NCBI GenBank assembly: GCA_030595905.1
Contig: JAUVLE010000002.1
Coordinates: 1-49,439 of the forward strand
DNA: 49,439 bases
Origin: Candidatus Cloacimonadota bacterium
GTDB taxonomy: Bacteria > Cloacimonadota > Cloacimonadia > Cloacimonadales > TCS61
Direction: 5' to 3'
Positions within the stretch are counted from its first letter, which is position 1; the number at the start of each line of letters is the position of its first letter. Positions 24,909-34,593 of the stretch are shown here, in pieces. The notes under the pieces are model-generated. The model was not told the origin of the DNA. It was given only the letters and a program-made list of their open reading frames with translations, and ran no database searches. A program made the position numbers and the translations under genes.

Positions 24909-25841
24909 ATGGATAATAATAAAACAACCACCAAGATTCAAGAGCTGACTTATGAGCTGAAAATTGATGATGTAATGTGTAAGAATATTGAAACAGTCAG
25001 TTCAAAAATGCCTATTTCTCAATTAAGAGATGTTTTGTACAAAAAGCGAATTTCAGGAGTTCCAGTTGTAAATGATGATAAACTTGTTGGTATTGTAAGT
25101 ATTGAAGATTTTATTAAATGTATGGAACAGGAAGAAATGGATGCCTTAGTAGAAGATAAAATGACCAAAAATATAAAGACTCTTTATGCTGACGAACCAC
25201 TTGTTCATGCTGTTAAGAAATTTGAAAAATATGGATTTGGTCGTTTTCCTGTGCTTTCAAGGAAAGATAAAAAATTAGTGGGTATTATTACTAAAAGTGA
25301 TATTATTAAAGGAATACTAAAGAAATTAGAATCTGTTTATCATGATGAAGAGGAACGAAGATATCGAGCAAGTCATATCTTTAATGATATTGTTGCGGAT
25401 GAGGTGTTTCTAAAATTTCAATATTTTGTAGAAGGCAAGAACTTTGATAAAGCAGGAGAAGCTTCCACCGGACTAAAAAAAACGCTTTATAGGCTTGGTC
25501 TCTCACCGGATATTATTCGCAGAGCAGCAATTTCCACTTATGAAGCAGAAATTAATATTGTTGCATATACTGATGGAGGAGAAATAATAGCTTATATAGA
25601 TCCTCATCAAATTAAAATCATTATAATAGATAAAGGACCTGGTATTCCTGATGTTGAGAAAGCCTTGCAACCCGGCTTTTCCACTGCTCCCGGATGGGTT
25701 AGAGAATTAGGATTCGGAGCCGGCATGGGACTTCCGAATATCAAGAAATTCACCGATAAGATGACTCTAAGATCGACAGTTGAAAAAGGAACGCATTTGG
25801 AAATCATAATAAAGCTCAGTGATTATCGTAATGAAGATTAA
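24909..25841 (+). CDS. CBS-pair + HATPase-like (anti-sigma-factor-type Ser kinase-like) protein
   Basis: Two CBS repeats (ISGVPVVNDDKLVGIVS; FGRFPVLSRKDKKLVGIIT). C-terminal DKGPGIPD...GFGAGMGLPNIKK ATPase motifs. Confidence 0.65.
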   Translation: MDNNKTTTKIQELTYELKIDDVMCKNIETVSSKMPISQLRDVLYKKRISGVPVVNDDKLVGIVSIEDFIKCMEQEEMDALVEDKMTKNIKTLYADEPLVHAVKKFEKYGFGRFPVLSRKDKKLVGIITKSDIIKGILKKLESVYHDEEERRYRASHIFNDIVADEVFLKFQYFVEGKNFDKAGEASTGLKKTLYRLGLSPDIIRRAAISTYEAEINIVAYTDGGEIIAYIDPHQIKIIIIDKGPGIPDVEKALQPGFSTAPGWVRELGFGAGMGLPNIKKFTDKMTLRSTVEKGTHLEIIIKLSDYRNED

Positions 25842-25865
25842 TATTTATTTTCGATCTCACCTCAA

Positions 25866-25920
25866 TCCTCTCCTAAGAGGAGAGGAAGTTTTATTTTCCC
25901 TTCTCCTTGCAGGAGAAGGG
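25866..25920. repeat. Two perfect GA/CT-rich hairpins
   Basis: TCCTCTCCT-AAG-AGGAGAGGA (25866-25886) and CCCTTCTCCT-TGC-AGGAGAAGGG (25898-25920). Confidence 0.8.
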
Positions 25921-25953
25921 GTTAGGGGCTGAGGTTCTGAAAAAAGAGGGAAA

Positions 25954-26301
25954 ATGATGAATTTGAAAGATATTGTGAAAATGCTCGATCTGAAAGTGGT
26001 TTCCGGGGATATTGATAGAGAAGTGAGTGCAGGTTATTCAAGTGATCTGCTTAGTGATGTTATTGCAAATGCTCAAAAAGATAACATCTGGATCACTTTG
26101 CAAATTCATGTAAATATTGTGGCTGTGGCAAATTTACAGGAACTTGCAGGCATCATTCTTGTAAATGGACGACAACCTGAACAAATAACTTTGAAGAAAG
26201 CAGAACAGGAAAATATTCCTATTCTATTAACAGAATTACCCACTTTTGAAATTGTGGGGAAACTCTATGAAATGGGAATTCACGGGAACTCAATAAATTG
26301 A
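25954..26301 (+). CDS. DRTGG-domain protein, second copy
   Basis: Paralog of 24544..24906 (SSDLLSDVI, ILLTELPTFEIVGKLYEMG). Confidence 0.6.
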   Translation: MMNLKDIVKMLDLKVVSGDIDREVSAGYSSDLLSDVIANAQKDNIWITLQIHVNIVAVANLQELAGIILVNGRQPEQITLKKAEQENIPILLTELPTFEIVGKLYEMGIHGNSIN

Positions 26302-26390
26302 ATATTTAATATTGAAGATTGAATATTTACCCTTGTGCTTTCCGGGAATTCATTGTTACAAAAGTTAGTATTGTTAGTATTGTTCGTTGC
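26297..26390. repeat. AATTGAATAT-type intergenic repeat ending in GTTCGTTGC
   Basis: AAATTGAATATTTAATATTGAAGATTGAATATTT ... GTTAGTATTGTTAGTATTGTTCGTTGC. Its first bases supply the TGA stop of the DRTGG gene. Confidence 0.65.
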
Positions 26391-26431
26391 TAAAAGAAAG
26401 AAGGAATAAGAGATAATGAGGACTCAGCCGA

Positions 26432-27175
26432 ATGCTCAAAAAAATCAAAGCGGATTTGCATATTCATACCTGTCTCTCCCCGTGCGGTGATATGAATATG
26501 ACGCCTGCAGCGATCGTAGAAAAAGCAAGATCAAAAGGATTGGATGTGATCGGTATTTGTGACCATAATTCATCTGAAAATGTAGCTGCTGTAAAGAAAG
26601 CCGGAGAAAAAAATAATTTGAAAGTTCTTGGCGGAATGGAAGTTACGTCTAAAGAAGAGGTGCATATTCTTGCTCTTTTTGATGAAGAAAAAAAATTATC
26701 TGAACTCCAGGAAATCGTTTATGAAAATATGGAAGGTGTAAATGATGAGGAATTTTTTGGATACCAACTAATAGTAGATGAGCAAGGTGAGATCATCGAT
26801 CTTAATAAGAAATTATTGATTGGAGCAACCGACCTGACAGTCGAGAGAATAGTTGAGCTTATACATTCTTTAAATGGACTTGCTATTGCATCGCACGTTG
26901 ATCGTGAAAGATTCAGCCTGATCGGTCAACTGGGTTTTGTTCCGGAAGGATTGGATTTGGATGGTCTGGAATTATCACCGAGATATATGTCAGAAAAGAA
27001 AAAATTTGATTTTCCAATGTCATCGGGCTTACCTCTCGTCACTTTTTCCGATGCTCATTTTCCAGATGATATTGGTAAAACTTCAACCACTTTCCTGCTT
27101 GATGACATAACAGTGAAAGAGTTGAAAAAGGCATTAAAGAATAAAGATGGAAGATCTATCCTTGCATATTCTTGA
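26432..27175 (+). CDS. PHP-domain metal-dependent phosphoesterase
   Basis: ADLHIHTCLSPCG ... GICDHNS ... ASHVDR ... FSDAH His/Asp motifs. Confidence 0.75.
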   Translation: MLKKIKADLHIHTCLSPCGDMNMTPAAIVEKARSKGLDVIGICDHNSSENVAAVKKAGEKNNLKVLGGMEVTSKEEVHILALFDEEKKLSELQEIVYENMEGVNDEEFFGYQLIVDEQGEIIDLNKKLLIGATDLTVERIVELIHSLNGLAIASHVDRERFSLIGQLGFVPEGLDLDGLELSPRYMSEKKKFDFPMSSGLPLVTFSDAHFPDDIGKTSTTFLLDDITVKELKKALKNKDGRSILAYS

Positions 27176-27596
27176 TGTGGTCGAGAATTCGATCGAAGCA
27201 AATGCTTCGAAAATTGAGATAAAGATTATAGAGGAAAAAAACAAAGATTTACTCGCAGTCGAGATAAAGGATAATGGAAGAGGAATGAACAGGGAAACTA
27301 TTAACAAAGTGCTGGACCCGTTCTATACAACAAGAACGACACGAAGAGTAGGTATGGGACTTTCTCTCTTGGCTCAAGCTGCAAGAGAGAGTAATGGAAA
27401 TTTTGAGATAAATTCAAAGGTTGGTGTTGGCACAGAGGTTAAAGCTGTTTTTCAATATAGTCATATCGATCGTAAACCTATCGGAGATATGAAAAATACA
27501 CTTATAACCTTAATGGTCTCTCATCCTGAAATAAATTTTGTTTATGAACATCAAGATGAAGATGGTAATTATGTTCTGGATTCAAATGAAATATAA
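27147..27596 (+). CDS. HATPase_c-domain ATP-binding protein
   Basis: LDVVENSIEA (N box), IKDNGRGM (G1), GMGLSL (G2). Confidence 0.7.
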   Translation: MEDLSLHILDVVENSIEANASKIEIKIIEEKNKDLLAVEIKDNGRGMNRETINKVLDPFYTTRTTRRVGMGLSLLAQAARESNGNFEINSKVGVGTEVKAVFQYSHIDRKPIGDMKNTLITLMVSHPEINFVYEHQDEDGNYVLDSNEI

Positions 27597-27719
27597 GGTG
27601 AAATATCAAATGACAAAAAACAAAATTCAAATAAATCTCAATAACCGAAATTTCAAATTCAAAACAAATAAAAGTATTTGTTCGTTTGTTATTTGTAATT
27701 TTTAAAAAAGGGTATAAAT

Positions 27720-30700
27720 ATGATTAATCTAATTATTAATGGAACAAAGGTTGAAGTAGAAGAAGGTTCCACAATTCTTCAAGCAGCAGATAAACTTGGT
27801 ATAAAGATTCCGACTCTATGTTATCATAAAGCATTGCCGGCTTATGGAGCTTGCCGGTTATGTGTCGTCGAGGTGATTCAGGGAAACGGGAAGACTTCTA
27901 TTCAGGCTTCCTGCACTTATCCTGCTCAAGAAGGTCTTATTATCAAAACCGATACGGAGCGAGTGATAAAAACCCGTAAAATTATGCTTGAATTGCTGCT
28001 GGCAAAATGCCCGGATTCTGAAGTTCTGAAGGATCTTGCTGAAGAAATGGGAGTTGGGAAACCAAGGATCGAACTGAAGAATGAAGATTGTATTCTCTGC
28101 GGATTATGTGTGCGAATGTGTAAAGACAGGATGGGAAAAGGAGCGATCGGTTTTGCAAATAGAGGGTTTAAACGTGTAGTTGTGCCTGCTTTTGATTCTC
28201 TGTCTGATGTATGCCAGACCTGTGGAGCCTGCGTTAGTGTTTGTCCAACCAAAACCGGAGTAAAATTAGAAAAGATCACGGAAAATGAACCTGTTCCGAT
28301 CCTATCTGAATTTGATGAAGGATTATTAACAAGATCAGCTATTTACATTCCGTATGCTCAGGCTGTTCCAAATTATGCCAATATCGATCCGGATCATTGT
28401 GTGCAGCTAACTACCGGAGAGTGCAAGATATGTACGGAATTCTGTGAAGCGGAAGCGATCGATTTTGACCAAAAAGAAAAATTTCTAAACCTGAATATCG
28501 GCTCGGTGATCATTGCAAACGGATCTGAAAAATTTGATCCAACTGCATTGCATGAATATGGTTACGGCAGGTTTAAAAATGTTCTTACAAGTATCCAGTT
28601 TGAAAGAGTATTGGCAGCTTCTGGCCCTTTTGAAGGTCATCTGCAAAGACCTGCTGACGGAAAAGTTCCCACCAAAATTGCATGGATACAATGTGTGGGT
28701 TCAAGAAACGAGAATTCTCATATGCCGTATTGTTCTTCTGTATGTTGTATGTACGCTCTCAAAGAAGCGATAATTGCCAAGGAGCATGTAAAAACCGTTG
28801 AACCTACAATTTTCTTTATGGATATTCGTGCTTACGGAAAAGACTTTGATAAATTCTATGATCAGGCAAAAGATGTGGGAGTAAGGTTTATTCGCTCACG
28901 AGTTGGAAAGATAAAAGAGATAAAAGAAACAGGAAACCTGGAATTATATTATGTGAAAGAAACCGGTGAACTTGAAATTGAAGAATTTGAAATGGTCGTA
29001 CTTTCTATCGGACTTACACCTACAAGAGATATTGTGGATGTAACCGATAAACTCGATGTTCGCCTTAATGAATTTAATTTTATAGAGAATACAGGAATGT
29101 CATCCATCCAGACGACCAGACCCGGGATTTATGTTTGCGGTCCGGCAGCTTCACCAAAAGATATTCCGGAAACTGTTATGCAGGCATCGGGAGCAGTTGC
29201 AGGTTCTGCGGAAATACTTTCGGAAGTTCGCGGAACCGAAATAACTGAAAAAGTTTATCCTGAAGAGATCGATGTAAGCGGGAAGAAACCCAGGATCGGA
29301 GTTTTCGTGTGCCATTGCGGTATCAATATCGGAAGCGTGGTAAATGTTCCTGAAGTAGTTAAATTTGCAAAAACCCTGCCCAATGTTGTCTATGTCGAGG
29401 AAAATCTTTTCACCTGTTCACAGGATACTCAGGAAAAAATGAAGGAAATAATCCATGAATATAAGCTTAATCGAGTTGTTGTTTCCTCCTGCTCGCCGAG
29501 TACTCACGAACCTTTGTTCCAGGAAACATTGAGAGAAGCCGGATTGAATCCGTATCTTTTCGATATGGCAAATATCAGAAACCAATGCAGCTGGGTTCAT
29601 AAAGATGATAAAGAAGGTGCCACTGAAAAGGCAAAGATCCTTACAAAAATAGCGATTGGAAAAGTAAGACTTTTAGAATCACTTCATTCGATTTCTCTTG
29701 ATGTTAGACAAACAGCTCTCGTTATAGGTGGAGGACTTTCCGGTATGACAGCAGCTCTTTCTGTTGCAGAACAGGGTTTTGAAGTAGCACTCATCGAAAG
29801 AAAAGATAAATTGGGTGGAAATCTTCACCGGCTTGCCGAATCTGTTGATGGAAAGAAAATCTCGGATTATCTCGCTGAACTCAATGATGAAATTAACAAG
29901 CATCCGCTCGTAAAAGTTTTCACGAATTCGGAAGCTAAGGAAATCGACGGATATATCGGAAACTATCAAACGAAGATATTTAATAAAAAGGATAATAAAG
30001 AAGCTGTCTTTGAACACGGAGTGATTATTATTACTACCGGTGCGAATGAATCTAAACCCGAAGAATATTTCTATGGGAAAAATAAGAATGTTATAACTCA
30101 TCTCGATTTTGAAATAGACTTTGAAGAAAATAAAAAGGTTTATCAAAAACTAAAAAATATTGTAATGATCCAATGTGTCGGTTCTCGTGATGAAAAGCGT
30201 CCTTACTGCTCGAGAGTTTGCTGCACTCAGTCTATAAAAAATGCTATTCGCTTGAAAGAATTAAATCCGAAAATGAACGTTTATGTTCTTTACAGGGATA
30301 TCAGAACTTATGGTTTTTATGAGAAATTCTATCAGAAAGCAAGAGAACTCGGTGTTATTTTCATCAGGTATGAAGAGGATGCAAAACCGGTCGTAGAAAT
30401 AGACGAAGAGCGTACGGTTCTGAATGAAAAAGGATTAACTTGTACGATTAAGGATCATGTTTTAAATCAGGAAGTTGTAATTTCTCCTGATAAATTGATC
30501 CTGGCTTCTGCAATGGTTCCGCAGGAAGATGCCGGAGAACTATCTCAGATGCTGAAACTTCCGCTTAATGAAGACAATTTCTTTATGGAAGCTCACGTTA
30601 AACTTCGCCCTGTAGATTTCTCTGCCGAAGGATTATTCTTAGCCGGTCTTGCTCATTCTCCAAAAGGAATCGAAGAGACAATTTCACAGGCAAAAGCAGC

Positions 30701-30992
30701 AGCAGAAAGAGCATGTTCCATTATCTGCTCAGATGAATATATGTCGGAAGCATATATTGCCGAGGTTGATCTGGATATGTGTGCGGGCTGCGGAATGTGT
30801 GTTGCCGTTTGTCCGTATGGAGCACCGGAGTTATTCTGGCAAAATGGGAAAGAATATGCTCATATAAATTCCGGACTTTGTAAAGGTTGCGGAAGTTGTG
30901 CGGCTGTTTGCCCTTCCGGTGCCATGCAGCAGCTCGGATATAAAGAAGAACAAACCCTGGCAATGCTTAATGAAGCATTGGAAGGTTGGTAA
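27720..30992 (+). CDS. hdrA: Fusion: HoxU/NuoG-N-terminal-like [2Fe-2S]+[4Fe-4S] domain + two-module HdrA lacking its first GxGxxG segment
   Basis: N-terminus INGTKVEV...LCYH...GACRLC, CILCGLCVRMC, CQTCGACVSVCPT. From about aa 197 it is colinear with HdrA 8231 residue 122 onward. The only GxGxxG is the second-module VIGGGLSGMT. Confidence 0.8.
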   Translation: MINLIINGTKVEVEEGSTILQAADKLGIKIPTLCYHKALPAYGACRLCVVEVIQGNGKTSIQASCTYPAQEGLIIKTDTERVIKTRKIMLELLLAKCPDSEVLKDLAEEMGVGKPRIELKNEDCILCGLCVRMCKDRMGKGAIGFANRGFKRVVVPAFDSLSDVCQTCGACVSVCPTKTGVKLEKITENEPVPILSEFDEGLLTRSAIYIPYAQAVPNYANIDPDHCVQLTTGECKICTEFCEAEAIDFDQKEKFLNLNIGSVIIANGSEKFDPTALHEYGYGRFKNVLTSIQFERVLAASGPFEGHLQRPADGKVPTKIAWIQCVGSRNENSHMPYCSSVCCMYALKEAIIAKEHVKTVEPTIFFMDIRAYGKDFDKFYDQAKDVGVRFIRSRVGKIKEIKETGNLELYYVKETGELEIEEFEMVVLSIGLTPTRDIVDVTDKLDVRLNEFNFIENTGMSSIQTTRPGIYVCGPAASPKDIPETVMQASGAVAGSAEILSEVRGTEITEKVYPEEIDVSGKKPRIGVFVCHCGINIGSVVNVPEVVKFAKTLPNVVYVEENLFTCSQDTQEKMKEIIHEYKLNRVVVSSCSPSTHEPLFQETLREAGLNPYLFDMANIRNQCSWVHKDDKEGATEKAKILTKIAIGKVRLLESLHSISLDVRQTALVIGGGLSGMTAALSVAEQGFEVALIERKDKLGGNLHRLAESVDGKKISDYLAELNDEINKHPLVKVFTNSEAKEIDGYIGNYQTKIFNKKDNKEAVFEHGVIIITTGANESKPEEYFYGKNKNVITHLDFEIDFEENKKVYQKLKNIVMIQCVGSRDEKRPYCSRVCCTQSIKNAIRLKELNPKMNVYVLYRDIRTYGFYEKFYQKARELGVIFIRYEEDAKPVVEIDEERTVLNEKGLTCTIKDHVLNQEVVISPDKLILASAMVPQEDAGELSQMLKLPLNEDNFFMEAHVKLRPVDFSAEGLFLAGLAHSPKGIEETISQAKAAAERACSIICSDEYMSEAYIAEVDLDMCAGCGMCVAVCPYGAPELFWQNGKEYAHINSGLCKGCGSCAAVCPSGAMQQLGYKEEQTLAMLNEALEGW

Positions 30993-31014
30993 TAAAAAAT
31001 AAATTTTTTAAAAC

Positions 31015-31048
31015 AAACAAATTCATGCTGAATTTGTTTATCCATTTT
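31015..31048 (+). terminator. Putative terminator after the hdrA fusion gene
   Basis: Perfect 11-bp stem AAACAAATTCA-TGC-TGAATTTGTTT followed by a T-rich tail. Confidence 0.55.
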
Positions 31049-31230
31049 GAGGATTTTCCGGCAAAAAGTTCTACCTTTAAAAGAGGATATTTTTTTATTA
31101 AATCATTATATTTTACATAGTTAATTATTTAGCTAATAACTAATTTATCAATTTTAAAAATAAAATCTTGACAATTGAATTTAACTGAAAGATTTCAACT
31201 CAGTTTTAAAAAAAATAAAACGGGAAAATT

Positions 31231-32223
31231 ATGAAATTTTACTCAGTTTCAATGAAACAGTGGGTAGAAAACCTCAGCAATGTGGCTTCAGAATTTCAGA
31301 TTTTTGCACCCATCCTCCAAAACGATTTTTTAGATTATGAATTGATCACCCCCGATAATATCGAGCAAATTATTTATAATACAGCCAAACCTACCACACC
31401 ACTCAAGGCTTTCTTTTTCCCCGTAAAGGAAAACGTGGTTATAGATAAAAAAGCAGATAAACAGCGGGTGATAATCGGCGTTCCTTCCTGCGATCTGCAT
31501 GCGGTAAATCTGCTTGATAAGATATTTCTCGATAAAGATTTCCTGGATATATATTACAAAAAGAACAGGGAAAATACTATTCTCATCGGCACGGATTGTT
31601 ATAAGATCACCGATAGCTGCCACTGCACAAGTTACGGACTGAATCCCTATCCTGAGAAAAACAGCGACATCACCTTATCCATTGTAGAGGATATCGTCAT
31701 CCTGAATGTGCAAACCGAAAAAGGTGAGAAATTCCTGGAGAAAATTAAAGATGCGGAATTCAAAGAAGGAATAGCAGCAGAGGACAAGTTAAAGGAAAAA
31801 AGAGACGCCGTTATACAAGAACTCGATTCCAAAAATAAAGAACTACCCGATGCGGAAAGAACCAGGAAAGGGATCGAAAGTTCTGTCGATGAAGTCTGGA
31901 AAGAGTATGCAGAGAAATGCGTTTCCTGCGGAGCCTGCGCTGCTATCTGCCCGACCTGTCATTGCTTTCTTTTGATAGATAAAGAGAATTTTGAAAAGGT
32001 AAAAAACTGGGATAGCTGCCAGTATCCGGCTTTCGAGCGTGTTGCTGCCGGCGAAGACCCGCTGGGAAAAATTTATGAGCGGCTGAAGAACCGTTATCTT
32101 TGTAAATTTGTGCATAAACCCGATATGTTCGGTGAAATTGCCTGTACAGGCTGTGGAAGATGTATCGATGCCTGCATCGGCAAGATAGATAAGAACGAAA
32201 TTATTTTAAAGATATGTAAGTAA
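31231..32223 (+). CDS. FlxB / sulfhydrogenase-beta (HydB) / AsrA-like 4Fe-4S protein
   Basis: Paralog of 13715..14746. CVSCGACAAICPTCHCF and CTGCGRCIDAC. Confidence 0.7.
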   Translation: MKFYSVSMKQWVENLSNVASEFQIFAPILQNDFLDYELITPDNIEQIIYNTAKPTTPLKAFFFPVKENVVIDKKADKQRVIIGVPSCDLHAVNLLDKIFLDKDFLDIYYKKNRENTILIGTDCYKITDSCHCTSYGLNPYPEKNSDITLSIVEDIVILNVQTEKGEKFLEKIKDAEFKEGIAAEDKLKEKRDAVIQELDSKNKELPDAERTRKGIESSVDEVWKEYAEKCVSCGACAAICPTCHCFLLIDKENFEKVKNWDSCQYPAFERVAAGEDPLGKIYERLKNRYLCKFVHKPDMFGEIACTGCGRCIDACIGKIDKNEIILKICK

Positions 32224-32237
32224 CAAAAGGACAATTC

Positions 32238-33059
32238 ATGTCAGAAAAAAATATCTATAAACCCATAAAGTATAAACTGGATAAAGTAGTAGAAGAAACT
32301 TCTCTTATTAAAACATTTTTCATATCCGCTAAAGAAGAATTTGAATTCAAGACCGGACAGTTCGTGGAAGTTACCATCGATGGAATCGGCGAAGCGCCCT
32401 ACACACCTTCTTCTTCACCGTATGTGAAAGATAAAATGGAAATAACCATTATGAAAGCCGGTTACGTTACGGATAAAATGCACCAACTCAAAGGCGGGGA
32501 AACACTCGGGATTCGAGGTCCATTCGGAAAGGGATACCCGATAGAAGATTTCTACGGAAAAGAAGTTCTTATCCTCGGCGGCGGTGTGGGACTTGCTCCG
32601 CTGCGCTGCCTGATCCTTACCTTGCTGGGGGAAGAAGATAAATTCAAAAAGATCAATATCTGTTTCGGCGCAAAAACACCGGCAGATTTCATCTATAAAG
32701 ACTGGTATGATGAATTGAGGAAACACAAGAATGTGGAACTTCTGCGAAGTGTGGATAAAGCCGACGGTAGTTGGCAGGAAACGGAAGGACTGGTAACGGT
32801 TCTATTAGAAAAAGTAGATATAAATTATAAAGAAGCAGTTGCAGTGGTTTGCGGTCCTCCCATTATGATGAAATTCGGAACGTTCCGCCTGCTGGAAATG
32901 GGTGTAAAAGAAGAAAATATCTATCTTTCAATGGAAAAAAATATGTCGTGTGGTTTGGGAAAATGCGGGCACTGTGCGATGGGAGATTATTTTGTTTGCA
33001 AAGACGGTCCTGTTTTCACTTATAATGAAATCAAAGATTATCCGGATATCTGGATATAG
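32238..33059 (+). CDS. FlxA / sulfhydrogenase-gamma (HydG) / AsrB-like FAD-NAD(P)-binding [2Fe-2S] protein
   Basis: Paralog of 14754..15578. GQFVEV..APYTPSS, ILGGGVGLAPL, VCGPPIMMK, CGLGKCGHCAMG..C. Confidence 0.75.
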   Translation: MSEKNIYKPIKYKLDKVVEETSLIKTFFISAKEEFEFKTGQFVEVTIDGIGEAPYTPSSSPYVKDKMEITIMKAGYVTDKMHQLKGGETLGIRGPFGKGYPIEDFYGKEVLILGGGVGLAPLRCLILTLLGEEDKFKKINICFGAKTPADFIYKDWYDELRKHKNVELLRSVDKADGSWQETEGLVTVLLEKVDINYKEAVAVVCGPPIMMKFGTFRLLEMGVKEENIYLSMEKNMSCGLGKCGHCAMGDYFVCKDGPVFTYNEIKDYPDIWI

Positions 33060-33070
33060 AAGAGAAAATT

Positions 33071-33568
33071 ATGAGCAAAAAAATATTAATCGATCTGGAA
33101 AAGTTCAGGAATACCGAAGACGGTAAATATAATTACGGTGAATGCATCTATGATTTTCACCCCGAAAATATCGGCATGAAAGACCTGGTGGAAAAGGCAA
33201 TGATGATGTTCGCCTGCCGCAAATGTGAGGATGCTCCCTGCATTGCCGTTTGCCCGGCAGATGCTCTGGAACGTAATGAAGATGGATTTACGGAAAGAGC
33301 AACCAACCTGTGTATCGGTTGTCAGTCCTGCGTTGCAGTATGTCCTTTCGGTACAATTATGAACGATATATTCACAGCCAAAAAATCCATCTGTGATCTT
33401 TGCGAATTTACTGATGATACACAATCCCTGAAATGCATGGAAACAGCTCCCGTGGGCGCTATCACATTCACGGATATGGATGAGAACGAAGACGAAAATA
33501 TTTTTAAATTGAATGATAAAGTCCTGGTGAAGGAAGTTGCATGGGAAAAACTAATGAATAACGAGTGA
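33071..33568 (+). CDS. HycB/HybA-like poly-ferredoxin electron-transfer subunit
   Basis: CRKCEDAPCIAVCP, CIGCQSCVAVCPFG, CDLC. Confidence 0.65.
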   Translation: MSKKILIDLEKFRNTEDGKYNYGECIYDFHPENIGMKDLVEKAMMMFACRKCEDAPCIAVCPADALERNEDGFTERATNLCIGCQSCVAVCPFGTIMNDIFTAKKSICDLCEFTDDTQSLKCMETAPVGAITFTDMDENEDENIFKLNDKVLVKEVAWEKLMNNE

Positions 33569-33653
33569 CGTAAGCTATGCTTTGCAGGATAGAATATGAA
33601 AGATCACTTAGTGTTACTTCGTGTTCTTAGCGGCTAATTAAGGAAAAGAAAAT

Positions 33654-34583
33654 ATGGGTAAAGAAATTTTTTATTTTTTAATATTTCCGGGATTGTTATT
33701 TTCCGGAGTGATAGGCGGTTTTTTATCTTGGTTCGATAGAAAAATAACAGCACGTGTGCAGTTCAGACAGGGACCTCCGATCCTGCAGCCATTTTATGAT
33801 TTCGTAAAACTGCTGGCAAAGGAAACCATCGTTCCCTTGAAGGGTTCGAGGTTAACGTTTCTTTTTGCTCCTGTGTTTGCATTATTCGGCGCAACCATGT
33901 CTTCCGTGTTCATTCTGCTGCCTGCTCTTGGAATTGAAACAGGTTTTTCCGGCGATATTATTGTATTAATATATCTATTAAATATTCCTTCCGTATGCTA
34001 TATTATTGGTGCACTCGCTTCCGCAAATCCGATGGCATCTGTGGGTGCTTCGCGGGAGATGAAACTGATCTTGAGCTATGAAGTTCCATTCCTGCTGGTT
34101 CTGCTTTCCATAGTTATAAAAGCTGATATGAGTATTAAATTATCTGAAATTATTGCTGTTCAATCTGCAAATGGTGCTTTTATCGGAAGTATATCGGGGA
34201 TCATCGGCTTTATCACAATATTGATGTGTATCCAGGCAAAACTTGGTCTGGTTCCATTCGATATTGCAGAAGCGGAAGGTGAGATCTGCGACGGAGTGGC
34301 AATAGAGTATTCTGGGTCTGCTCTGGCTCTCATCAAATTAACCAAATATATCATGCTTTTTGCCATTCCCGCTCTGGTAGTATTGTTGTTTATGGGTGGG
34401 ATGAATTTTGTGGGAATAAATATTTTGTGGTCTATCCTGAAAGTACTGCTCGTGGTTTTATTGATAACTCTTATCAGGAATACGAATCCGCGGGTAAAGA
34501 TCAAACAGGCGATGAAGTTCTTCTGGGTGTGGATGAATCTTTTTGCAATCGTTGCTGTAATTCTGGCAATTTTTGGCTTATAA
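33654..34583 (+). CDS. mbhM: Membrane subunit, NuoH/HycD/MbhM family
   Basis: DRKITARVQFRQGPP and PFDIAEAEGE motifs. Polytopic. Confidence 0.8.
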   Translation: MGKEIFYFLIFPGLLFSGVIGGFLSWFDRKITARVQFRQGPPILQPFYDFVKLLAKETIVPLKGSRLTFLFAPVFALFGATMSSVFILLPALGIETGFSGDIIVLIYLLNIPSVCYIIGALASANPMASVGASREMKLILSYEVPFLLVLLSIVIKADMSIKLSEIIAVQSANGAFIGSISGIIGFITILMCIQAKLGLVPFDIAEAEGEICDGVAIEYSGSALALIKLTKYIMLFAIPALVVLLFMGGMNFVGINILWSILKVLLVVLLITLIRNTNPRVKIKQAMKFFWVWMNLFAIVAVILAIFGL

Positions 34584-34593
34584 GGAGATAGAG

